Source of the DNA: Trichoplax adhaerens
Taxonomy: Eukaryota > Animalia > Placozoa
NCBI RefSeq assembly: GCF_000150275.1
Contig: NW_002060977.1
Span: 348,288 to 412,287 of the forward strand
Reading direction: 5' to 3'
DNA: 64,000 nt
In this document: piece after piece, positions 39,419 through 52,800 of the stretch
Numbering within the stretch: position 1 is the first letter of the stretch
How the letters are laid out: each line of letters starts with the position of its first letter
Position numbers and translations under genes: made by a program
The notes under the pieces: generated by a model
Told to the model about the DNA's origin: nothing
Seen by the model: the letters and a program-made list of their open reading frames with translations, nothing else
The model's database searches: none

Positions 39419-40200
39419 CTTATCAATACTCGTTATGTTACTTTAGCAATACTGCACAGATCCATACACTATAGATACGTAAGCTAAAATCAGGTAGTAG
39501 ATGCTACTTGTTCTATTCTATCCCACCTGAAATCTATCAAGGCATAGCATAGTTTAACATTAAATCAATATGGACAAACATCAGATAGCCGATGTATCTA
39601 TTCACGTGATTTCTGGCGTTTCCATAGAGATGAACTATAAACTATTGAGGTTATACTCTTGGGGCTCTTGCCGTCGATTCTTGCATTGCTTATAACATAA
39701 CCCCACCTCGTGCTGCTCAACATGTAATCCTATAGTTTATAGAAATTTTACTGTTCATAGAAGCATTATCCATTCTTGGTTATGGATAAAGCGGAAAAAT
39801 CATATTGAAGTATACTATTACGACCGTTTCAATTCAATCTTATTGTGATTATCATAGCTCTTTAATTTAACCAGCTGTGAACTACTATGCATAAATAAGT
39901 GGTTGTAGTTATATGTTGTGGTACTGCGCTACCAGTTAAATAATTATTGATTAAAGAATAATGAATACCTGAAAATAGTCCAGATACAGTCATGTACTAC
40001 GTTTAATTTTAAATTTTGCTATATTCGTAGTTAATATTTTGATTGTCGAAATGTGATATAAAATACAAAGTATTACGAGTTAATTTACCGTAGATTGAAC
40101 GGCGTGCTAGGCTCCAATAATCGAACCGTATGTTGAAGGAGGATGAGCGCTTCAACAGCCTAAGTTGCAGAATATCTAGATACTCGCATCTATTTAGTAC

Positions 40201-40475
40201 TGTTACAAATCTCCTTTGTAACGAGAAGCCGGGTCTTAAACACTATCTTCACTAGTACTGGTGTTCCTAACTAACTTAGGGACCTATCGTAGTTGAACTA
40301 ACTCTCAGCTACACAATATGGCTACTAATGAGTAATAGGTTTAAATACTTCACTTTATTTTCGTTAAACTTAGTCGTAAAATGTACTAAAGAAAAACGTA
40401 AGAATATTCTTAGCTATAATAGTCAAAAGATCCTGCAAATGACCAACTGGAACTGAGCAGCTAAGCTAGTGCTCG
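40201..40475. repeat. Dispersed repeat family C (probable truncated LTR), copy 2
   Basis: Begins TGTTACAAATCTCCTTTGTAACG; direct homolog of 12215-12489; similarity stops abruptly near 40475. Confidence 0.75.
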
Positions 40476-43400
40476 AAAAAGGTAGCAATTATTTAATTGT
40501 CTGCGGATTACAGATAAAAAATTAAATTCTCATATATCGCTTACATAGAAACTGGAAAAGCTAGGATAGTAGCGCCAGTTATTGTGCCCGCACTAAAGTT
40601 CTTTGTAAAACTCTTTGGCATAAGTGAGGGTTACAACAGTATGCGAATTATCTTAAATTAATTATCAAATTAGTGACTGTTGCTAATACCAGAACTAACT
40701 TAGATCAAACTTATCGCCACGTATTGATACCAGAGGCTAAGTATTAATATCACTACAAAACATCATGGATCTGGGCAGTGTACTGATAAAATTCAGAATT
40801 ATTGCTTTGCTATCAGTAATATTAAAGTGTTTCTTTGATTCATGATCCTTTATTGAAATCTTTAGTTGTATTCTTTCTATAAGCATTTACTAAGGGCCTA
40901 AAATCTGTACAATGCAATTGCTCGTATCACTGACATATTATTTGCACTTGTTCGCATTTGCCAGGCGATAAGTCAAGATTTCACTATTTGATTATGGTTG
41001 CAAATTGTAAATGCGTCTAAAAATCACTGACATGTCCCTTGACTCATGCAAGTAAATTGAAATACTTTGAATAGACAAGTTTCTCTGCAGGAAATGTAAA
41101 AACGTATCAATTAATAATAATTTAAATTTCTAAGACAAAACTAGAACACGGAAGCATTTAATATAATTTACTCGTAATGCCTCAGCAAAGACAGCTATTG
41201 GAGCTGCCATGTAAGTTATTTTTGTGGTTTTGTCATATTAATAATGTAAATTAAATCGATTATTATGTCGCTTACCGTAAACTTTGAGATCACCACTGAG
41301 TACTACAGAGGAGAGGATATCACAATTTAATTCACTTTGTGCTAGGTTCAGGAAACACGTAGAAGCCGAAATCACTAAAATTATTTCACCATTTTGCAAT
41401 AAACCATAAGCATAGTTAGCTAACCTACCAATTAGTAATTTTAGTAAAAGCATCAAGTTAGAAATACCATTATTCTTGTATATTTAGTATGCAACTGATC
41501 GATTCGCACAATTTTATATAAATAATACCGTGTGTAAATCTACTTTATCACTTATTTCCTTCATTCGAGCTTTACTTATGGAGAACTCCCTCCCGTTTAA
41601 ATTGACTTGTTATAAATACGAATACTGTTGAATTAATTTCCAGAAATGAATTGATATCAATCGGTGGGTCTAATGCAATAACAGCAGGAAAACCCATATG
41701 AAGCCACTAAAATACGTAAGTTTTCAAGTTTTAATTCGTAGATTGATAATCTAATACATCAATTAAAATCAAAAATTATCTGCCAAAGGTACGCCTAGCT
41801 AATGACCGTAACTATTTATGATATCGGAAAATTACGATATTTGCCTGAATCATCAACCCTCTTACAAATTCTTATCCCCATATTTTCTGAGATTGAGCAC
41901 AGATGCGGAAATTGTCAAACCTAAGTGCATATTAAGATTCTTCTACAGCCGTATCTAATTACATTGCATTAAATGAAAATCAATAGAGTACGACGATTAA
42001 GAACATAATTTTTATTTCTTTAAAAACGGTAACAATTTAACAATAGAATCATGGTAGATTATTTGTTTACCGTTGATTGTGATAATAAAATTTTCAATTA
42101 TTTCGTGCCTAAATATAATACTCGAATAAATTTGATAGTCTTAATTGATAAAATATATATTTCCATTAATGAAAATAAACCAACTCAAATTTCACAAAAG
42201 AAAGCGGCAAAGTTATAGCGCTACAGCCTAGATTAAAACAACGTAGATAAAGATTTACTTCCTGAAGTCAATACATTAATAGCTACAGCCTAATAAAGAC
42301 TATTGACTCTATTATCAGGATATTAATAAACGATATGTAGTCCGGATATTCATAATGGACTTGAAATTTGTCCAATAGAATAGCACATGCAAGCTTGACT
42401 TGCTTTTAGAATTTATTTATAATTCTAACTTGGATCAATCACCTTAGTTTTCTTGACGTTTCTACATGATAGAGGGTTATAAATGGAAACAGTACTACAC
42501 CATTTGATTACAGGAATATTCCATAAATTTTTAGAAAATTGACATTATATTTTTTATATCTATTCATAAGCCCTAAAGATGAACCAATCATGATGCCAGA
42601 TGTATTAATATTTTTCCATTCCTTGTCCATTTGAATACAAAAACTATTCAAAATACCAAACTAGCTCAAATAGAACAGGACCTTGGTGCTCTTTTATTGA
42701 CAAATAGAAACGAACATTTATACCCTTGCTGTTGAAATATGGGAGTTAATTATAAGTAAATTAGTTTATAATACTACAGTAATAGTCTAAGTTCGATACT
42801 ACTAACGGATGAAAGCTTAGCAATTGCTAGTTGATGGAGCTAGTGATAACATTCCCTAAAACACAAATTAGGAAAGAGACAGTAGCCCTAATATTTAATT
42901 CGCCTTTTTATCAACCCGGAGAAAAGTACTTCTCGCTTAAAACTGGAATTGCCAGCTAATAAACTAACCATTACCTGTCTTACTTTAGCGTACTACGTGG
43001 ACCTGTATTAAATTTTTAATAAGTTAGTAATAAGAATAGTATCTATAATAAATGATAAAAGGCACAAAGATCGATGTATAAGCAATAAATGAAAATCATT
43101 TATTCGAAATGAAAGGTCACGAAGGAGAGCGGAAGAAAGGGGCAAAATCGAATATGAAAGAAAGCTCGATTTGAAGTATTTATGAAGAATCATAATAGTA
43201 GAAGCTTCTATTTGATGAACACTTCATGTAGTATGCCTATTTAAAAACTGATTGGTAATCTACGATAAATAATATCATAAGTGTTTTACTGAAAGACATT
43301 TATCGTGAATACTTTACTGGAATATTGAGAATCTTTAAATTATTGATTGATTATCGCTAATTTACTTTTGTAAATGAATTCGGTAAACGTAATATCCCAC

Positions 43401-43621
43401 TTATATCAAGAGCATGTAATACAGAAACTTGAATAAAAATTTATCAATCGATTAAAATATAATTTTTTTTAAAATTCAACTCTGCAAAAGTTATTTGCAT
43501 ATTACATAAAGTGAAGGACAATGAAACCTATTATTCCGTTATTAGATAAATAGGCACTATGACACGATGTAATCATTCCACAGCAACCCATTTAATCGTT
43601 ATTTTGTTCTACAATTTTATC

Positions 43622-44273
43622 ATGCTGAAAATAAAATTATTTAAAGTTCTCTATTGGCTAACGACCTATTCTCTAATTTCATGCTTGGAGATAGAAGTTA
43701 TAGAATATGATACTTTAAATTGCCAAGAAGTTCGCACATTTGTTTCACAGTCATGGAATCTATGCAAGTTAACTGGCTTTACAAAGTATCAGTTAAAGTA
43801 CAATTATATCTGTAAAGCGGAAAATCCGCTTCATATTAAACCCGAAGATGAAAAGAGAAGTGTCGCAGGTATGGCTTATACCAGTCGGTACTTTCATTTC
43901 AATTTTAAGCTTGGAATAATATATAACTCTAACTTTCGTAACTATCTCATAGTAAATAGGACACCAAACTTCTAACTTAGATAACTATTTTACACTACTC
44001 CAATTTTATATTCAATTATTTGTAGGCATGCCTGAGGAGCTTACGGTGTCTAGAAAAGAATCTAACCAATTCTTACAACACACTGAATCAAAACGCCAAC
44101 TATCCAGTGAGTTTTATCCTGTTTACACATCATGCTGCGACTCTGGTAGAAACGAAACCCATACGGAATGTAACGTTATAGATATTATGGTTGGCTGCAA
44201 TGATGAAGTTAATTTTGAGTTTACCAGTACAGGTGCCTGCGAAATGACTAAAGAAATGAATAGCTTGAAATAA
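43622..44273 (+). CDS. Insulin/relaxin-like prepropeptide 1 (8-Cys variant), 164 aa, 2 coding exons
   Basis: Exon 43622-43868 (GCAG|gtatg) joins 44026-44273 (tgtag|GC) across a phase-1 intron in the C-peptide. Signal-like N-terminus MLKIKLFKVLYWLTTYSLISC; B-chain with C-x13-C-x15-C; KR; C-peptide; KR; A-chain QLSSEFYPVYTS-CC-x10-C-x8-C-x13-C. Confidence 0.8.
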
Positions 44274-47200
44274 AATTTATCCTGTTTGCGACTGATAATC
44301 TATATAAAAGCTAAACTAAAATCGATTTCATTTCTATTATTATTGCATTCACAAACGTAATTTTGAGATCACGTATCCTAAGAATTTTACAATTTATTCA
44401 TATACTCGTTTAAGGCTCTAATGGCAATTATTTTCTCATCTTTGGTATCTATAATGATCCAGTGACGTATACATATATCGATTAGTAACGATTATTAAAT
44501 CGTTTATCTCTTTACGAATCGCGGACTACTTATTTAAAATATTGTGTTTAAACGTTATATGGTAGTCACATTTCTAGATGTTGTGTTTGGGTAAAATTTA
44601 TGACCACCACTAGATGTATAAAATAGTGACTTGTTCATAACATTACTATAGTATATCAATATAATTGCAGTTATATTACAGTATTAAGATCTCAAATTTC
44701 TTTAAAGTGCTACGTACATCAAGCATTTACAAAGAATTTAAAGCTTTGGTAGGCCTATGGATCTAGAATAAATACTATTCTCTTATATAGAATTGTATCT
44801 GGAACCAAAATATCATGTAATTAAGAATAATGTTACCAGAAAGGTTGTGTCCAATTATAATTGCTTATTTCCATATTCATTGGTCGTAATATTCTTACGT
44901 TTGTCTCAAAAGAATTGACTATTATAAATAAAGAAATTCTATCTATTCAATGCTTTGACTTCGCTACTAAGTACTTTCGCAACTCATAGTCTGAAAAATT
45001 CTAGCTTTTAAATACGACAAAAATTTCATACTGAATCTGTTATATTCTGATTTCGGTATTGCGCTTTTAGTGTTCGAAATACAGAATAAGATCAAATTTA
45101 ATGGCCAAAATCATATCACCTTTAAGTCGTTCTTAAGACTATAAAGTTATATACGATAGTAAGATTTAATGATCATTTTTGCCTCTAGTCAACTACAAAC
45201 ATTAAATGAAAAGATTTTTAATGATACCAGCTTTCCTAAGTAAGGTCAGCAATTACTCAGTAAATTCTAGTTGCCACGGCCATGGTTGTCAATGTAATCG
45301 GGTATTGTTTAATATATTTTGCATCTTAAATACGAGTATACAAATGAAGTGATCTGTAGTACTGACATAAATTATGCATTTTGTTTACTAAAATTTTCCG
45401 TGTATTACTCTTAAATTAATTACAGACCACGTCATTCCTTTCTCAGGAAAGAAATTTGCTTGCAAATAAAAGATATAATAGATCTATAATTTACGAATAT
45501 TGCTTCATAGTACTTGTAGTTACAAAATAAGAAGAATGTAATTATAAGCATTTACTACTATGGTATTATTCCTTTACTTTTAGTATTCAAGAAAATAGTA
45601 TAGCAATATTTAGCGTTATCGATTACGGTTATATTGATCATATAAATTATAGCTATTGCGTGCTCTGTTCATCACAAGAGCCCGTAGCTATGGTATGTAA
45701 CTAATGTTTGCGGTAGCTACCAGAACATGACTGTTAAATGGTTTTCGCTCCGTTATCATCCGAGCTTGAAATATGTACAAAAGTATGCCGACAATTAGCT
45801 GATTGATATTGTACGTAATTAGGTATGTAGATTTTTCAAATCACTTAATTTCTATGGCAAGATACCAAAAAATCGATTAATAGCTTGTGTCTAGAGCAGT
45901 TACGGAACTAAAATAAGCTTACTAAACATGATATCATATCATTATTATCGAGTTACTCTATTTCCCGCTGACATTTAATAAAGTAAAGTTGCAGTCATAA
46001 CAGTAAATTTATAACTTTCCCAACCTAAAATTATAAGTGTCGACAATGTCGCTAACGGAATCGATGTTATAAAGAGTATTACTTTTGTTAAAATTTTATG
46101 TATTAACTAGCTTCAATACGCAAGCCTTAAATTCTATCGTCTAATATTTTTGAGATGTATTCTAGTAGAAGTAACATACGAGTAAAATGTAAATTAATTG
46201 TGGCACACCAGTTTTAATCAAGACATGAATTTCAGCTATTGTTTGAGTCTGTACAACAATCTATTAATAGCAATTTTTCATCAGCTTACGAATACAAACC
46301 ATGATAGCATTTTAATACTGTTACATTAACGAAGAAATATCCAAATCTAAACTTATATAGAGGAGAACATCGGCTCTTTTAGGATTATAAGTCTTAAAGA
46401 TAAGAATGAATTAGATTAAATTCTGAATAATTGCAATCGCTCCATAATTAGTTATTAGAGGCTACTGTAGTTTATTTCATTGGTAGAATAAAAAGAAAAC
46501 AAAGTCATAAATTATTGATTGCGCTTAATAAAATCGTTATCATGTATAAAACATAAAGACCGACGTGGTAATTAACGTACAGCACAATAACGCTTTACAC
46601 AGCCATGATCACCGATGGAGTACATTGATGGCAGTATTTATTCCAATAGGAGAAATAATTAATGTATTAGTTCAATTGCGTAAATTTCACTGGAGTAAAA
46701 TGTGAGCTATAAATAGCTTTTCTCTATTTTAAGCTTCCTTATTTAAATTACCAATATAATTGTTGTAGCCATTGTGATTATCTATCTGACTTCAACTGTA
46801 ATCCTCGTTTTTATAGCTATTTGTCATTCACTTAGATTTACGGCCGGAATTTGGTCGATGTAGAGATCAAAAATTTGATTACATATGGTAAAACAATCTG
46901 CTTGATACTGAAACCTTTAAATTTTTGCTAAAAGCTAGACTGAGTAATTTTTGCCTCATGCCTGCACAAATATCAACACTGTATGACTATAATACGTATC
47001 AAATACTATTTTATTGCAATCGCAATCATTCTTTATTTTGTTTCTACATATTCGTACATCAGTAATTCTCATAATCAGAGTTAAGAAGAGAGAACAATTT
47101 GTGAAGATCAATTTTGATTTTGATTTTTACTGTGATATGAGGCTTCCTTCATTGCTTATCTGCATGCAGTAGCTATAACGGTATAATCTCAAGCGAAAGG

Positions 47201-49249
47201 GCAATTAGCTTTTGCTTACGAATTTTATAAAATTTGAGTTGTAAAATTTATTCAAATAAAAGCTGCTAAATTCTATCGTTAATAACTGACAATTTACGCT
47301 ATTTAAAGAGATTAGCATAGTATTTATACATACCATGCTGATACATAAGGTGTATAAAATTCATTTAAAGAATGTAATTTACGTGACTAAACTTTGTTTC
47401 TGTAAAATTGTTGCGACAGATGTTACTGATTATCGTTGATTTGGCAAGTTTTAATACGGTAAATCGCTTTTTCCACTCCGAATGCGAAACTATTTCTTAT
47501 AGAAAGATGTTAAATTGTACTGTATACACTTTTCAGTAATGTTCTTCCTATATTATCGTTACAAATCTAAATTTGTAGCAAGGAAAAGTTAAACTACTCA
47601 AAAAAACTAAGACTATGAGCCTACTGTCAGGTTTATCCTCCCTGGCATTTACTTATGGTACGACTCTGTATACTAACGATTTCCTATCATCAGGAGGAAT
47701 GGTAATCACTATTCACTCTTTAAATAAAACTGAATCCAAACTTTATTGAAAAGCCAGTCAGTTTATAGTCAATTTACGTAATCATTAGTTATCAGTACTA
47801 AGACAATGTTATAAAACTATCCGTTTATCTATAAAAGAATATGTAATGTCATTGATAACGGTATTTTTAACAAATACCAAATTATATTATCTGGCGAAAA
47901 GAAGATAAGCATTAGTTAGTGAAAGTTTCTTCACACAAGTATGGATCCGAATGCAAGCAGTTGCAGTAATTTCACGATGCTTTTGATACAGTATTCTAAT
48001 CTGTTTTATTAGATACATATGCTTCTATATTGCTATTTAGTTTATATTTTTTGCTATGATTTGACTGTTAGCTCTCTTGATTCAAGATAAATACCAGGTT
48101 CTCATTTTTTGTCTGGTCCTGGTGTATATTGTGCTTCATATATCACTATGGAACCCTACACCGTAAGAAATTCGTAAAAACGGCAGATGCTGGTGCCATC
48201 TTTCATGCTAAATGTTCTTATTCAGAAATAAATGGAGACGTAATCGAGATCAAAATAGCCTGCATTCCTGCATTGATTCTACTACTATTTACAATTTTTC
48301 AGTTAAATAAACGCGTATATTTACTAAAGGAAGCAAGTAAACCCAACAACTACAAGATTCGCTTGGTTTACGTGTTGAAACTACTCAATACCAGTACTTT
48401 ATTATTCACTTACAGCTTGTATTCTATTAGCAGCAGAGACGTACGTATATTCCGAATTATTAATTCATCCCCACGACAATCATATCAAAAATATTTATCA
48501 ATCCGAGATATTACAAAAACATTGACGTTAGCGATAACAGCAACTTATTTCCTCGTCAAATAATTGTATAGTGTGATAGAGAGCGATAATAATCTGATCA
48601 ATAAAACTAGTATACCCGGGCTCACATGAATATGCCTCTGAATCTTCTGATATTTTGCACTGCAATGATAATACAACCGTAAAGTACGCGTACTTACTTC
48701 AATTATTACGGTTTGATCGGAAGAAAAGCTTCAGGATAAACGATATTTTGTTACTTTCGGCTACACATAGCTACTTGACATGCACCAGTGAGCTACTACC
48801 AATAAAAAATACGGTAATTCGACTTACAACTTCCGTCAATACCGATGGTACTATAAAGCACAAGATTGCAAGATTAGCATGTTAATAGTAATACACACTA
48901 ATTACTATTAATTAAAATCCAGCAGCAATTGACTAAATTCTATTTAGTGATGGTAAGTACACTTATATCATCAAAATTTTAGCGAAAATTTTGAATTATT
49001 CTTATCATATGACCAGTAATCAGCTGTCACACTTCTAAAATGTAAAAGCTGTTTTCGGACAAAGATGATTCTTCACGTATAGCTATAAGCATTTCTAATA
49101 TTTAACGGGGTACATCATTTATAGGCTCTATTTTGGTTATTTTCACTTTTGAAAAGCGAATTCATTATAACATTAAAGCGATTAGTTATGTACTATTTGT
49201 AAATCCCATATTTGACAGTAAGAAAAAGCGCTATAATCCTGTAAAGGAT

Positions 49250-49880
49250 TGTTACAGTATTATATACTGTATTAGAGTAGAAATATCTATGCTAGGATAA
49301 TTCATGTTAGACTATCCTTATTTAGTTAACTTCTAATTTGGATATACTGTGTTTTAATATAGCATTGACTTTTTATGACAGTGACACTTATACACATGCT
49401 GAAATTAATAGTTATAATTGGGAATGCAAATCATCTACTTACAGTTCGAATCATTGTGATTGTAATTTACTTATGGTAGACTGTAAATTATCATAAAAAT
49501 GTTCCGTGATAGGACATATCGTAATCTGACTATTCTGTATTAGTCATTACATGTCTATGTTCGTTAATACAGTTGTCTGCATTAAGGGAGCAGTAGCTAT
49601 AAGTAATATCTAATTCAGTAAATGATTCCAATGTTAATTGTATTAACTATGACTCATGAACTATTAAGGAATAGTATATAAATGCAGTATATCGTGAAAT
49701 AAAGTGAATTCTCAAACTTAGTGTTTAACGCAAAATACGATGCGTCTAAGTCTTTGCGTAGTCTGCTAGTAGAGCAAAAGTGTTTGTGATAGTGCAGATA
49801 TCGTTCCTTGATACGTGGTTCAAGGAATTGACTTATTGATCGTATATTAAGTTATCTTGTTGCAAAACTTTTTTGTGACA
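49250..49880 (+). mobile_element. Solo LTR family A
   Basis: TGTTACA...TGTGACA, 631 bp, perfect TSD AGGAT (49245-49249 / 49881-49885). Confidence 0.9.
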
Positions 49881-52800
49881 AGGATTAATAATTCACTTAA
49901 ACTATTAGTCGTCACTAGTTTGACAAAAACTAGTTGCTTAATTAACTAAGATTAAAATATAATATTATAAAATTCTACATATAGTGTTCTAATCTAACAA
50001 GCTAAAAAATTTATAATAACGTTGCTAATAATTTATTTTATAGACTTCATTTAGGTACTGTAGACTTATTTTAGGACAAATCCAATACTGAATGGAAATT
50101 CCTATTTTGGCGCTGCCTTAGTTTTACGAGAGTTAAGATATGAGCTATCACAGTGACATCAGATTTCGGAAAATGGATCTAGTCTAGTACCGGATATTAT
50201 TCGACTTTATTATTATTACAGCACACATTGAAAGTGCATGATTAATAAGCTGTATTAGAAAACCTATTGATATTATGCTACAAAAGCTAGAATAATTTAA
50301 TCTAAGTTATTGAATGAAAGAATAAAATGATGCACCGGTAATCCTTCATTTTAACATCACAATGAATCAATTACAAGTATTTAAGTTGATATTGTCATTT
50401 ACCGTAAAAATAATGAGAAAATTGAATAAATTTTCGTACCTATGTATCGTACCTTATTCCGTAATCATTATTTTAATAGATACTTTTATTAGGTGTTCGA
50501 GTGCTAAGTGGAAAGGGCGAATTGTGATCCAAAGATGAGATATACGAGTATACACATCATATGGGTGCGTATATGATTTTTATCTATGTGCTACCCATCT
50601 ACTGGGCTAATATAATAATATTTTTTGTTATATCGAATAGCAGATAATCATCAAAAGTCAATAACTAGTGAGATATTTTAAAAACATCTGTATTTGCGGT
50701 GTTAATTATTTAGGAACAAATTGTTTATTTGTTTAAAAAAATTGCTGAAATCATTATTATTGCATTAAGCCCTGATACATTCAAATTTATGTTGTTGTAC
50801 TAAACATTGAGATGTATCAGTAATTGTAATTTGGCAGGCTTAAAATAAGGTAATATGTGATCGCAAATGTTTCAGTCAAGGTAATCAATCAGAATTGTAT
50901 CAGAATCAAAAATTACATCTAAAAAGTTAGTTATGTTCAAGAGTAGGACTTTCCGTCAATTTGACCATCTCACCAACTACTTTACTCTATGACTAATACA
51001 ATTGTACTTAGACTCTCTTTCTTAGAGAAGGTAATCATTTTTTATCTAGTAATGGAATTACGCATGTTTATGATGGTTCAAATATTGTGATTGGTATATA
51101 ATTAAATAAAATACTAACTCCAGAAAATGCTCTATGATTTCAACATGGCTTGATCAAGGAATACTCTCAAATTTCCTTTCCCTAAAAAAGATAGGGGAAG
51201 AAATGATGTAGAATAGTTTCGTTATAATTTACGCCAAAATGTGCCAGTTGTTCGATTGCTATCAACCGTAGAAGTAAAAGATCTCATTAGATTCAGAAAG
51301 GATGTTCTATAAATATGATTTAACCATCATAATGCACATTATTCTAAATAGGAAGGAGAAGTTCGTAAGGCATCCAAACATTTTGCCAATATCTATCAAT
51401 AATCTGGTCAAAGATTGAACCTTACTTAGTGTAGTTATTTTAGAGACATTTTTCGTTTAGGCAATAAAAGAGCAAATTTAAAGGATAACCATATGGTTGT
51501 ATAGAAATTGAATAAAATATCAAAGACTTACCCTTTGCCGGTTGTAATATTACATTTAAAAGAATTCAAGATATATTATTAAATTCAATTAAAATGAAAT
51601 AACAGATCCAGTATTATTTTTTTATCTGAGGCCTAATATCAACTTCAATTATTCGGCAAATTAATATAGCTTCATAATTATCATTACAGGCGGAGCGCAA
51701 TATTGAAAGCAATACATAATCCATTTTCAAGCACTTGTTATTAGGCTCATTTCAAACATATAACCTAACTTCGAGATATCATCGAGGAGGACAACCTGAT
51801 TGGGCTACAGTAAAATGTTACTGATATTGTCATTGATTTCAAAATAAATACTGCATGATTTCATATTCAATTCTACTAGACCGAAGCGGCCCACTAAGTA
51901 GGATCGCACAAGACCTAAAATATTTCTAATAGCGATACAAGGTACTATTTTGACGAAGATATTTCTTTAGCAGGTGTCTTTGAGCAATTAATATAATTAA
52001 CGAGGAAACTTTATTTGTTATAGCTAAATGATTTTGATTTTTTGTATATCATTACATCTTAGCTTGAGGTATTGCTAAAAGATTATCAAGTAGTATATAG
52101 GAACAAGTTAATTAGAGAAGGTGATTAATAGCTTAAAATTTATTAAAAAGACTAACATACTAAAATAAAACTTTCCCGTAAATTCCGTATAGGAAAATCT
52201 ACAAACGTTGCATCGCAAATTAATATTATTGAAATAATTTAACCTAGACTATAAACATGTTTAATAACTTTCTCATCAGTTTATTACGCAAAAACTACTT
52301 TTTGTTCTATTACCTAAATAATATCACGTCAGTTAAAATCAATATTTTGCTGAACCTACTATCTTAAGTTTGTATTGAAGGTAGTAACAATGATGAAAGC
52401 AACAAATTTGAACCATTAACTTCTTGATTTTCGAAGCATCTACTGAAACCAGGATATATAAACACATTAAACTCTTTTTAATCTATATTAACGTTTAAAA
52501 TGTCATAGCCGCCGTTAAGTTACCATATGTCATATGGTTACCTTCGCAAGTTCGAACTCATATGCATCATTTAATCCATGGTATGGCTTAATTTCCATTT
52601 AAAAACTGCTCCAAATATCACGATTTTAAATACTTATAACAGGAATGATGAAAGGATCTAAAATAAGTCTGAAATATTAGTTAAGTTCGTATTATTAAAA
52701 TTCCGGATCATATTTTCAAGATCTATCACAAAACTGATTAGCTACAAAGTAATATAATTTACGATCTATATGATATTATGCTTCCTGAATTGTATTTCAG

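Noticed and set aside
43559-43975. ORF-track proteins 43559-43975 and 56267-56650 as complete single-exon genes
   Set aside because: Both run past phase-1 donors into introns; the signal-peptide ATGs are at 43622 and 56312.
48129-48885. 144-aa and 76-aa ORFs
   Set aside because: Non-ATG starts, no motifs, no compatible splice structure; likely spurious.
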